A program made the translations under genes and the position numbers. This document shows, piece by piece, positions 47,336 to 55,962 of a DNA stretch of 64,000 bases. Numbering within the stretch: the stretch's first letter is position 1; the number at the start of each line of letters is the position of its first letter. The notes beneath the pieces are model-generated. The model was not told the DNA's origin, did not search any database, and saw only the letters and a list, made by a program, of their open reading frames with translations. Source of the DNA: an uncultured Clostridia bacterium. GTDB taxonomy: Bacteria > Bacillota > Clostridia > Christensenellales > Pumilibacteraceae. Location of the stretch: assembly GCA_947089425.1 (NCBI GenBank), contig CAMUKG010000009.1, positions 775 to 64,774 on the forward strand, read 5' to 3'.

Positions 47336-49909
47336 ATGCGTAAAGCAGTTAATAAAAAATTATTTGCGGCTCTTATAATTGCCGTAATGGCGGCGGCGTC
47401 GCTTGTATTTACGGCTTGCGGCGACAAACCGTCCGTTGCGCAAGAACTGCCCGTAGAAGTAATAAACGGCGGATTCGAAACTGCCGATTTAAGCGGTTGG
47501 ATAGTAGAAAGCGGCGAGGCGTTCGACGACGACAGCGTGTCTTCGCGCAAAACATTTTCGTACGCTTACGATTCGGCGCACAAACAAATTCCGATAAATC
47601 AGACGGGAAACTGGTATCTTGACGGCAAAGGCTACGACGGTAACCGCAGTCACGGGTATACGGGGAGCATACGCTCCAAGAACTTTATGTTAAGCGGCGA
47701 CGGAACCGTTTCGGTTAAGCTCGCGGGCGGCGCGCTCGTGGTGCGCAAAGGAGAAAACGCGCCTCTTAAAAGCAAAGAGAAAATTTGCTACGTGGGCGTG
47801 TACACCGCCGAAAACGATAAGCTTGTGCACAAATTTACCAACTCATATTTTTTCGAGCATACCGAAAACTATGTAAGCGTTGAAGACTATGAAAACGGCA
47901 CTTGCTGTACCGATAATTTTTATCGTTATACCGCAGATTTATCGGAATACGTCGGAAAAGAAATGTACATTCGCATAGTGGATAACGATACCTACGTGTA
48001 TTACGGTTATATTAGCGTTGACGATATTCGCGTGGGCGATGCGGAAGAACAGAGCGAGGGCGTGTACTTCGAAAAGTCGCGCGAGTTTGTGCCTGACGCG
48101 GAAGCGCCGAACAAATACGAAGTAAAAAACGGCGGGTTCGAAACGGGTTCGCTTGCGGGATGGACGGTAGTAAGCGGCGGAGCTTTCTCGCATGACGGGG
48201 TAAATTCGAACGCATATTGGTGGAACGAAAATATACCGTATTGTCGCGACGGCAAATATCATTACGGTTTTTATAAGCCTACCGAAACGGGAGTGTTGCG
48301 TTCAAGCGAGTTTGTGCTTGGCGGCAGCGGATATATAAGTTATAAGTTGGGCGGTTGCCGCAACAACGAGCTTACGTATTTGCGTTTTATGGTAAAGAAC
48401 GGCGATACAGCCGAAGAAGTGGCTCGCTATTCCAACTTCAAATTTTGGAACTATCAATTCCCGTACGTGCAGAACGGGTTGCGTATGCTCAATCTTGTGC
48501 AGTATTACGCCGACTTTTCCGCATATCTCGGCAGAACTATGTATATAGAAGTCGTAGACGAAAACACTTCGTCCGATGACACCGACTGCATAACGCTCGA
48601 CAGCGTGCAAACGTATTGGGAGAGTAAGCCGCAGTGGTACAACAGCATAGCTTTTGAGGCAAAAGTCAATCCCGATTCGATAGATATCGAACCCGACAGT
48701 CCGTATCAGCTTAAAAACGGCACGTTTGAAACGGGTGATTTGACGGGTTGGACGCTTGACGGCAACATAGGCGTGGTGTCTTCCGATTACGGTTGGTGGA
48801 ACGAGAATTTCCCGTACAATAAAAAAGGAAGATACCTGTTTACGGGTATAGCGCACGAAGGCGAAAAGGGAACGCTTACGAGCGACGCGTTCGAACTCGG
48901 CGGCATAGGAGTGATTTCGTTCCGTATGGGCGGCGGCGCAAATCCCAAACAAATTTATGTTTCGGTACTTAACGCCGACAACGGCGAGGAACTCGCGCGG
49001 TTTGCCAACGTCAAATTCTCCGATAAGAATACTGCGGGAATCAACGTAAACAGCTTTTTGGCGAATATGGTGCAGTATAAAGTCGATTTGACCGAGCTTG
49101 GAATTGCGCTCGGCACGAACATTAAGTTGCAAGTGGTGGATAACGCGGTAGCCTACTGGGGACTTGTTACGGTTGACAGCTTTATCACGTACTACGAAAA
49201 TGAAGAGCAAGTGCCTAAAAAAGCTTTTACGGCTGAAAATATAAAACCGGAGACCGACGCCGTATTCGGAGAAAACGATTCTCATCAAATCCTTAACGGC
49301 AATTTCGAAACGGGCGATTTGACGGGGTGGAGCGTAACGAGCGGCAACGTTAATTCAAACATAGCCGTTCAAGCCGCGACTACGTTTTGGAACGAAGACC
49401 TTCCGTATAACAAAGGCGGCATGATGCATTTTGACGGGTGGAAAGCCAACGGCGACGAAGCGGCATCGTATTCGTTGCGCTCCGAAGATTTTACGCTCGG
49501 AGGCAGCGGCGTGATATCGTTTAAGATGGGCGGTAAAACGGCTGAACTCAAAGTGTATAAAGCGGACGGGACTTTGATTGCCGCTTATGCCAATACGGCG
49601 TTTGCCGATATAAATTTCCCCAAAGTTGACGACGGTTGCCGCCTTGCAACCATGACTACGTTCGTTGCCGATTTGAGCGAATACAAAGGGCAGGAGCTTT
49701 ATGTGGAAATTTGCGACCGACCGTTTAAAGACGGCGAAACGGGTTGGGGCGTTGCATTCTTCGATGAAATCATTACTTATTACAAAACCGCGCCAGTCGT
49801 GGAAGAAATGTTCGATACCGTCGAACTTAATTCGCAAACGGCTTTGGGCGGCGTTGCAAAAAGTTACGATATTTCTTGGGAAGTTGCGGTGAATACCGTA
49901 AAAAAATAA
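47336..49909 (+). CDS. Non-catalytic lipoprotein with four tandem CBM38-like modules
   Basis: Lipobox FTAC; NGxFETxxLxGW repeats at about 47465, 48128, 48716 and 49295, each with L.S..F.L.G.G..S.K.GG-type and YIEVVD-type motifs; no GH32 catalytic motif. Confidence 0.7.
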   Translation: MRKAVNKKLFAALIIAVMAAASLVFTACGDKPSVAQELPVEVINGGFETADLSGWIVESGEAFDDDSVSSRKTFSYAYDSAHKQIPINQTGNWYLDGKGYDGNRSHGYTGSIRSKNFMLSGDGTVSVKLAGGALVVRKGENAPLKSKEKICYVGVYTAENDKLVHKFTNSYFFEHTENYVSVEDYENGTCCTDNFYRYTADLSEYVGKEMYIRIVDNDTYVYYGYISVDDIRVGDAEEQSEGVYFEKSREFVPDAEAPNKYEVKNGGFETGSLAGWTVVSGGAFSHDGVNSNAYWWNENIPYCRDGKYHYGFYKPTETGVLRSSEFVLGGSGYISYKLGGCRNNELTYLRFMVKNGDTAEEVARYSNFKFWNYQFPYVQNGLRMLNLVQYYADFSAYLGRTMYIEVVDENTSSDDTDCITLDSVQTYWESKPQWYNSIAFEAKVNPDSIDIEPDSPYQLKNGTFETGDLTGWTLDGNIGVVSSDYGWWNENFPYNKKGRYLFTGIAHEGEKGTLTSDAFELGGIGVISFRMGGGANPKQIYVSVLNADNGEELARFANVKFSDKNTAGINVNSFLANMVQYKVDLTELGIALGTNIKLQVVDNAVAYWGLVTVDSFITYYENEEQVPKKAFTAENIKPETDAVFGENDSHQILNGNFETGDLTGWSVTSGNVNSNIAVQAATTFWNEDLPYNKGGMMHFDGWKANGDEAASYSLRSEDFTLGGSGVISFKMGGKTAELKVYKADGTLIAAYANTAFADINFPKVDDGCRLATMTTFVADLSEYKGQELYVEICDRPFKDGETGWGVAFFDEIITYYKTAPVVEEMFDTVELNSQTALGGVAKSYDISWEVAVNTVKK

Positions 49910-49929
49910 TTGAATGAGAGGGTAGAAAA

Positions 49930-52725
49930 ATGAAAAGAGCAATTAAAAGACTGTCGGTTATTGTGATGTCGCTTGTAATCGTGTTTTCGGTTGCCGTATT
50001 TGTTGCGGCTTGCGGTGACAAAAACAACGACAATCCCCCTGCAAACGAACAAACCGAACCGGTAAAAATCAAAGACGGCGAGGCGATAAGTCTTACGGTA
50101 GAGGAAGAGTGTAAGAGCATAATCATAGCCGATTATGTTACGGTGAACGGAAATAACGTAACGGTTGCGTCATCGGCTCCCGATATAGCGACGGCTACGC
50201 TTACGGACGGAGTAGTTACGGTAAACGCCGTTAAAAAAGGAACGGCAACGGTAACGGTTACGTGCGGCAATGTGGAAATTGCGTTTGCTGTTACGGTGTC
50301 CGAAAAGTCTGTTGCTCCGCCTGCGACGGTCGAGTATACCGTTTCGCTCAACGGCGAGGAAAGCACGGTTGAAGAAAACGGAATTTTCACGTTGCCCGAA
50401 TCCTTTACTCCCGAAGATGAAGATTTCGAGTTTGTACGTTGGAATATAGTGGGCGACCATGAAATAAGCGGTAATAAAGTGACCGTTCTCGGCGATTTAA
50501 CGATTACCGCCGAAACGCTCAGGAAAGGGGCGGAGAAAATCAAAGACGGCAATTCGCTTACTTTCACAGTCGGCGACGCCGCAAAGACTGTAACCGTAGC
50601 GGAATATATAACGACGCACGGCAATGACGTTTCTGCGAATTCCGATACGCCCGCCGTCGCAACGGCTACGCTTACGGACGGAGTAGTTACGGTAAACGCC
50701 GTTAAAAAAGGAACGGCAACGATAACGGTTACGTGCGGCAATGTGGAAATTACGTTTGCGGTCACGGTTGGCGATGCTACGCAAATTACGACTCCGTCGG
50801 TAAAGAATGCCGAAGTCGTAATTTCGGAAACGCACGATTTGTATTCGGGCGATTATACCGTTGATTTGGCGGAGAATATCGAACTTGCGAACCTTATAAC
50901 GGGTTATATGGTAAATTCGGAGTCTGTTGACGGTACAACGTATTCTATAAGCGGCGACACGTACACGCAAACGCCCACGCTTGTTACTTTAAACGTAACG
51001 GCGACTTACAATGGCGGCTCTGTAAACTATGTATACAAGGTAAATATAATCGATACTACGGCATACCGTATACGCAACGGCGGATTCGACGACGGACTCG
51101 ACGGTTGGCAAAAGATAGGGCAAATCGGCAATATCAGCGAAGCTACGGCGTATTGGACTAACGACAACGACGGTAACGGATATTCATATAACGCCGACGG
51201 CAAATTCTTTTCGGCATACGAACCTTCCGACAGGTTTGAAAGCAATATAGGAGCGCTTATCAGTTCGCCGTTTAAAGTGTCGCAAAACGGAATTATAACG
51301 TTTAAACTCGGCGGCGCAAAGCACGATATATTTGTTGACGTAGTAGATACCGAAAACGGCGAAATAATCGCGCGTTACGGCAACAGCGCGTGGGCGGAGA
51401 CTACCGACAATTTAAAGAGCGGTTGCACGCTTATCGCCTATAAAGCGACGTTACCCGCAAGCGCGGTTGAAAAGACGGTGTACATTCGCGTTATAGATAT
51501 GGCGCAATCCGATTACGGCGTACTGTTTTGCGATTCGTTCGTTACGTATTACGAGAGCGCGCCCGAGAGCGGTATCGACGCGGTGGATATAACCGACCGC
51601 CCCGCGACCGTATACGAATTATATAACGGCGGATTCGAGCAGGATATGAAAGGTTGGGTTATTTCGGGCGGAGATATCGGTGCCGTGACTGCCGATAAAG
51701 GTTGTTTTAACAACGGTGACCCTAACGACACTACTAAGGCTTACGGTCAGGAAGACTCAAAACTTTTCTCGTTTTGGAGTTGGAACGAAGCGGAAAACAA
51801 AGAATACAATCGCGAGGGCAATCTCGGCACGCTTACAAGCAATATGTTTGTTTTAAAGCCGAATAAATTCGTATCGTTCAAGTTTGGCGGCGGAAAAAAC
51901 CGTAACGTATTTATAGAACTCGTTAATGCCGAAAGCGGAACGGTTATCGCGATATTCCGTAATGACAACGTTGTTGAGGGAAATGAAAGCGCGCTTGTAA
52001 GTTATAGTTATGCGCCTACAACAGCCGAGCTTTCCGCCGATGCTCTGTGTTACTTCCGCGTAGTAGACAACGCCGTAACCGATTGGGGATGCTTTACCGC
52101 CGACGCGTTTAAAGTTAACCTCGACAGTGCGCCTACGGATAGCGCTCTCGCGGTTAATTGTTTGAGCGAATATAAGTCGTTGATAAACGGCAGTTTCGAA
52201 GACGGCAATCTTAACGGGTGGACCGCTCCCGCCGGAAATGCTCTCGGTGCGGTGGTGAATACCGAAAAATCGGAGAGTTGGTATCAGACCAACGAAAGCA
52301 CGAAAGACGGTAACTGGTTATTTACGTTCTACATTCCGAACTGGGGAGATAGTAACAATAAAGAAAAAGGAACGGGCGTTATTCGTTCGAGCGCGTTTAT
52401 CCTTGATAAGAACGGCATTGTATCTTTCCGTTTCGGCGCGGCGCATAATAGGGAGGTATATATAAACGTTTACACAACGGGCGGAAGACTTTTGGCGACG
52501 TTCCGTAACAATGCCTTTACCGAAGCTACCGTTATGGTACAGTATTACTATCAATTTGATAATGCCGAAGAACTGTCTTGCTACTTTGAGATTGTAGATA
52601 ATGCGGAAAAGGATTACGGGTGCATTGTTATGGACGACTTCCGCGTAAACCTCGAAGCTGCGCCTAACGGAGCGATTCTCGGCAGTTCGCTTACAAAAGC
52701 GGAACGAGACCAAGCAAATAATTAA
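49930..52725 (+). CDS. Non-catalytic lipoprotein: two Ig-like (Big_2) domains, linker domains and three CBM38-like modules
   Basis: Lipobox VAAC; duplicated ATATLTDGVVTVNAVKKGTAT; NGGF/NGSF modules at about 51076, 51625 and 52186. Confidence 0.7.
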   Translation: MKRAIKRLSVIVMSLVIVFSVAVFVAACGDKNNDNPPANEQTEPVKIKDGEAISLTVEEECKSIIIADYVTVNGNNVTVASSAPDIATATLTDGVVTVNAVKKGTATVTVTCGNVEIAFAVTVSEKSVAPPATVEYTVSLNGEESTVEENGIFTLPESFTPEDEDFEFVRWNIVGDHEISGNKVTVLGDLTITAETLRKGAEKIKDGNSLTFTVGDAAKTVTVAEYITTHGNDVSANSDTPAVATATLTDGVVTVNAVKKGTATITVTCGNVEITFAVTVGDATQITTPSVKNAEVVISETHDLYSGDYTVDLAENIELANLITGYMVNSESVDGTTYSISGDTYTQTPTLVTLNVTATYNGGSVNYVYKVNIIDTTAYRIRNGGFDDGLDGWQKIGQIGNISEATAYWTNDNDGNGYSYNADGKFFSAYEPSDRFESNIGALISSPFKVSQNGIITFKLGGAKHDIFVDVVDTENGEIIARYGNSAWAETTDNLKSGCTLIAYKATLPASAVEKTVYIRVIDMAQSDYGVLFCDSFVTYYESAPESGIDAVDITDRPATVYELYNGGFEQDMKGWVISGGDIGAVTADKGCFNNGDPNDTTKAYGQEDSKLFSFWSWNEAENKEYNREGNLGTLTSNMFVLKPNKFVSFKFGGGKNRNVFIELVNAESGTVIAIFRNDNVVEGNESALVSYSYAPTTAELSADALCYFRVVDNAVTDWGCFTADAFKVNLDSAPTDSALAVNCLSEYKSLINGSFEDGNLNGWTAPAGNALGAVVNTEKSESWYQTNESTKDGNWLFTFYIPNWGDSNNKEKGTGVIRSSAFILDKNGIVSFRFGAAHNREVYINVYTTGGRLLATFRNNAFTEATVMVQYYYQFDNAEELSCYFEIVDNAEKDYGCIVMDDFRVNLEAAPNGAILGSSLTKAERDQANN
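50191..50751 (+). repeat. 90-bp intragenic direct repeat (50191-50280 and 50662-50751)
   Basis: 89/90 identical by manual alignment; encodes Ig-like beta-strands. Confidence 0.9.
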
Positions 52726-52745
52726 AAACAAGGACAATTTAAGTT

Positions 52746-54089
52746 ATGGCATATGAACAAATAAGACCTGTATTTCATATTACGGGCGGAAACGGTTGGA
52801 TAAACGACCCCAACGGATTGGTTAAATTTAACGGCGAATATCATGTATTCTATCAGTATTATGCCGAAGCGACTTATTGGGGGCCCATGCATTGGGGACA
52901 CGTTAAAAGCAAGGATTTGACGCATTGGGAAAGACTCCCCGTTGCAATCCGTCCCGACGAACAGGACGACGGTTGCTTTTCGGGTAGCGCCATAGTTCAC
53001 AACGGCAAAATGTGGCTTATGTACACAAGCTACAAAAAAAACGACGGCGGAGTAAGCGAACGGCAACTGCAAGCGCTTGCTTCGTCGGACGACGGCGTAT
53101 ACTTCTTTAAGCATGGCATAGTGATAGGCGAGGACGATTTGCCCGAAGGATACTGTGCTTGGAGTTTCCGCGACCCTAAGCTTTTGCGTGTAAACGATAT
53201 GTTTTACTGTTTTGTTGCCGCCAAAAAGCGCGAGGGGAATGGCAGAATTCTTTTATACAAATCCGTTGATTTGTTTAAGTGGACTTTTGTGTGCGACGTA
53301 ACCGACCGCGATAACGGAGGCAAAATGGTTGAGTGTCCCGATTACTGTACTCAACTCGGACTGCTTACATACAGCGAACAGTTTCAACCGCACGAGGGGA
53401 ATACGCACCTAAATATCCATAGTGCGTTCGCTCAATTCGGTACGTTTGACTTTAATAAACCTTTTGTTCCCGACAGTAAGCGGCAAATTATCGATTACGG
53501 GTTTGATTTTTACGCTTCGCAGTCGTTTGCCGAAGAGCCGATTATGATAGGCTGGTTGGGCATGTGGGACAGAAACTATCCTTGCGCAAAATACGGCTTT
53601 GCCGGTATGCTTACCGTTCCGCGTCGTTTGCAAAGAGTGGGAGACGAGCTCGTTCAAACGCCTATATATACCGCTAAAAAGGTGTGCGAAAAGTCGGTGA
53701 AAGGCAAATTGACAGACAATATATCGGTGGGCGCGGTTCGTTTCGAGCTCAACGGTTTGCGAGCGTTCGATTTGAAAATGCGCAAGTCGGGCGACGAATA
53801 TGCCGAATTTACGCTTTCGGGCAACGAGTGGGTGTTTAACCGCTCTCGTTGCGGTGCGCAAATTGTGGGGGCGGAGGAAGACGACGATTCGCTTGCGGGA
53901 ATTCGCCGTATGCCTTATCGCTACGCTCAAACCGATACCGTTGAAATCGTCTTCGACTTATTTTCGGTTGAAATTTTCGTGAACGGTAAAGCTCTGTCGT
54001 CTACGCTGTATCCCGCCCCCTCCGCCGACGGACTCGAACTGACTGTTGATTGCAACTCTTGTACCTATACTCGCTACGAAATCGAATAA
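52746..54089 (+). CDS. Cytoplasmic GH32 beta-fructofuranosidase / sucrose-6-phosphate hydrolase-like
   Basis: WINDPNG, CFSGSA, FRDP, ECPD, DYGFDFYA; no signal peptide. Confidence 0.88.
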   Translation: MAYEQIRPVFHITGGNGWINDPNGLVKFNGEYHVFYQYYAEATYWGPMHWGHVKSKDLTHWERLPVAIRPDEQDDGCFSGSAIVHNGKMWLMYTSYKKNDGGVSERQLQALASSDDGVYFFKHGIVIGEDDLPEGYCAWSFRDPKLLRVNDMFYCFVAAKKREGNGRILLYKSVDLFKWTFVCDVTDRDNGGKMVECPDYCTQLGLLTYSEQFQPHEGNTHLNIHSAFAQFGTFDFNKPFVPDSKRQIIDYGFDFYASQSFAEEPIMIGWLGMWDRNYPCAKYGFAGMLTVPRRLQRVGDELVQTPIYTAKKVCEKSVKGKLTDNISVGAVRFELNGLRAFDLKMRKSGDEYAEFTLSGNEWVFNRSRCGAQIVGAEEDDDSLAGIRRMPYRYAQTDTVEIVFDLFSVEIFVNGKALSSTLYPAPSADGLELTVDCNSCTYTRYEIE

Positions 54090-54148
54090 ATTCAAATTAG
54101 AACGGACTACAAAAAACGGTTGCCGCTTTTAAACGGCTGTTGCAACGA

Positions 54149-54179
54149 AAAAAGGCGAATGCAAATGCTTCGCCTTTTT
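54149..54179 (+). terminator. Terminator of the fructan operon
   Basis: AAAAAGGCGA / TCGCCTTTTT arms. Confidence 0.75.
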
Positions 54180-54198
54180 GACTTCTCACCCCGCAACG

Positions 54199-54318
54199 AT
54201 AGGGACTTTCAAGAATTGTAACGGGGGTACTTCAATCGTGGCGCCCGACAGCGTGACTTCCATCGGAGCGGGCGCATTCGCCTATGTGGATTTAATTGGA
54301 AACAAAAATCGGATATAA
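54199..54318 (+). pseudogene. Degenerate BspA-type LRR fragment (not in the ORF track)
   Basis: Translates IGTFKNCNGGTSIVAPDSVTSIGAGAF, a decayed AFxxCxxLxSIxIPDSVTSIGxxAF repeat; its 3' end is homologous to 4357-4444. Confidence 0.7.
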
Positions 54319-54368
54319 ATTTTGAAAACGCGCCTCGAAAGTTTCGTTTGGCTTTCGGGGCGCGTTTT
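54280..54368 (+). repeat. Copy 2 of the ~90-bp LRR 3'-end/terminator element
   Basis: 35/40 identity to 4357-4396, followed by an identical AACGCGCCTCGAAAGTTT and a matching 3' arm. Confidence 0.85.
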
Positions 54369-54398
54369 AGGTTTCTTATTTTCTTTTAAAATCTGTTT

Positions 54399-54905
54399 TT
54401 ATTCGTTATATGCGGGTGATACGTCGTATGGTTTGCCGTTAAGTTCTTTTACGAACAGTGCGCGGATATAGCCTTTCGCGGTGGAAGTGGAGTGCACAAA
54501 AAACTGCTTGCCGTAGTAATAGCGGGCGAGCTTATAATATTTTGAGTTTGTGTGCAGAGTTATGGCGGCATAACCTTGTTCGTTGCAGTAGTCGATAGCC
54601 GCTTGAAGCAACCCGCTTCCCACGCCTGCGTTGCGAATTTTGGGATTCACGCCGAAGCGATAAAGATAGGCGAGTTCGGGGCTTATGCCTTTAATGCGCA
54701 CGCTTCCCAAAATTTTTCCGCTTTCGTCTTTTGCCACGAAAACGCAATTATTAGCAATATCGTCCAAAACGGCGGATTCGGGTTCTTCGAGCGCTTTAAT
54801 ATGGCTCTGAGGTCCGACTTCGGCGGCGTATAACTTAAACGCTTTGCGCGTTATGTCGTTAATCGCTGCGGCGTCCTGTTGTTCGGCTTTTAAAAATCGT
54901 ATCAT
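54399..54905 (-). CDS. GNAT-family N-acetyltransferase
   Basis: RFGVNPKIRNAGVGSGLL acetyl-CoA motif A; starts 6 nt after the argF stop. Confidence 0.85.
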   Translation of the reverse strand: MIRFLKAEQQDAAAINDITRKAFKLYAAEVGPQSHIKALEEPESAVLDDIANNCVFVAKDESGKILGSVRIKGISPELAYLYRFGVNPKIRNAGVGSGLLQAAIDYCNEQGYAAITLHTNSKYYKLARYYYGKQFFVHSTSTAKGYIRALFVKELNGKPYDVSPAYNE

Positions 54906-54911
54906 ACTTTC

Positions 54912-55859
54912 TTATTTGTTTTTCATTAGTAAATACATAACTGCTTTTTGCGCGTGCAGACGGTTTTCGGCTTCTTCGAACACAATGCTTTGCACTCCGT
55001 CTATAACGCCCTCGCTCACTTCTTCGCCTCTGTGAGCGGGCAAGCAGTGCATAAATACCGCGTCTTTCGCCGCTTTCGCCATAAGTTCTTCGTTCACTTG
55101 ATAAGGCATAAGGGCGTTCACCTTTTCGGGCGATTTATCTTGTCCCATAGAGAAAAACACGTCGGTATAAACCACGTTGCAATCGCGGATAGCCTCTTCG
55201 GGGTCGGAAGTAACCCAAACTTTTCCCGATTTTGCGGCTGTCGCGACTATTTCTTCGTTCGGCGTATAGCCTTCGGGCGAGCATATAGCCACTTCCATGC
55301 CCGCTTTTGCTCCTCCGAGCATGAGAGAGTGCGCCATGTTGTTGCCGTCGCCGAAATACGCCATTTTGAGTCCTTCGAGTTTTCCGAAATGTTCGTATAC
55401 CGTCATGAGGTCGGCAAGCACTTGGCAAGGGTGGTATTCGTCGGTTAAGCCGTTTATAACGGGACAGTTGCTGTATTTGGCGAGTTCCTCAACGTCCGAC
55501 TGTTTAAACGTGCGAATCATTATTCCGTCTATTCCGTAGCGATTGAGTACGAGAGCCGTGTCGCGTACCGTTTCGCCGCGTCCGAGCTGAATGTCGCCCT
55601 GTTGCAAAACGAGCGCTGAGCCGCCGAGCTGTTTTATTCCTTGCTCGAACGAAACTCGGGTGCGTGTGCTCGACTTCGAGAAAATCATCGCGAGCGTTTT
55701 GTTTTTAAGGTAGGCGTGCTTTTTGCCCGCATGTTGTTTTTGTTTGAGTTTTATTGCCGTGAGAATTATTTCGTATATTTCGTTCACCGAATAGTCGGCG
55801 AGAGTGAGCATGTGCTTGTTATTTATGCTTCCTTTCGGTTTATATGCGCTTATATCCAT
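54912..55859 (-). CDS. argF: Ornithine carbamoyltransferase
   Basis: STRTR, HPCQ, DVFFSMG, HCLP. Confidence 0.95.
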   Translation of the reverse strand: MDISAYKPKGSINNKHMLTLADYSVNEIYEIILTAIKLKQKQHAGKKHAYLKNKTLAMIFSKSSTRTRVSFEQGIKQLGGSALVLQQGDIQLGRGETVRDTALVLNRYGIDGIMIRTFKQSDVEELAKYSNCPVINGLTDEYHPCQVLADLMTVYEHFGKLEGLKMAYFGDGNNMAHSLMLGGAKAGMEVAICSPEGYTPNEEIVATAAKSGKVWVTSDPEEAIRDCNVVYTDVFFSMGQDKSPEKVNALMPYQVNEELMAKAAKDAVFMHCLPAHRGEEVSEGVIDGVQSIVFEEAENRLHAQKAVMYLLMKNK

Positions 55860-55962
55860 TAAGGGGGAATCCTCCGAATTTTAATTGAAAAAAATATTAT
55901 AGCACGGCTTGCGCCGTGCCGTCAACAGGCTGTAACGCTTTTTTATAATTTGAGTGCGTTTT

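Noticed and set aside
54186-54202. CCCCGCAACGATAG resembles the guaA 3' end (CCCCGCAACAATCG), a possible att site
   Set aside because: Only about 12 of 14 nt match, and the 50 kb in between is largely core genes, so it cannot be an attL/attR pair; chance similarity is plausible.
54912-55859. ArgF as an acetylornithine carbamoyltransferase, to explain the missing argJ
   Set aside because: STRTR and DxxxSMG motifs are those of a conventional ornithine carbamoyltransferase.
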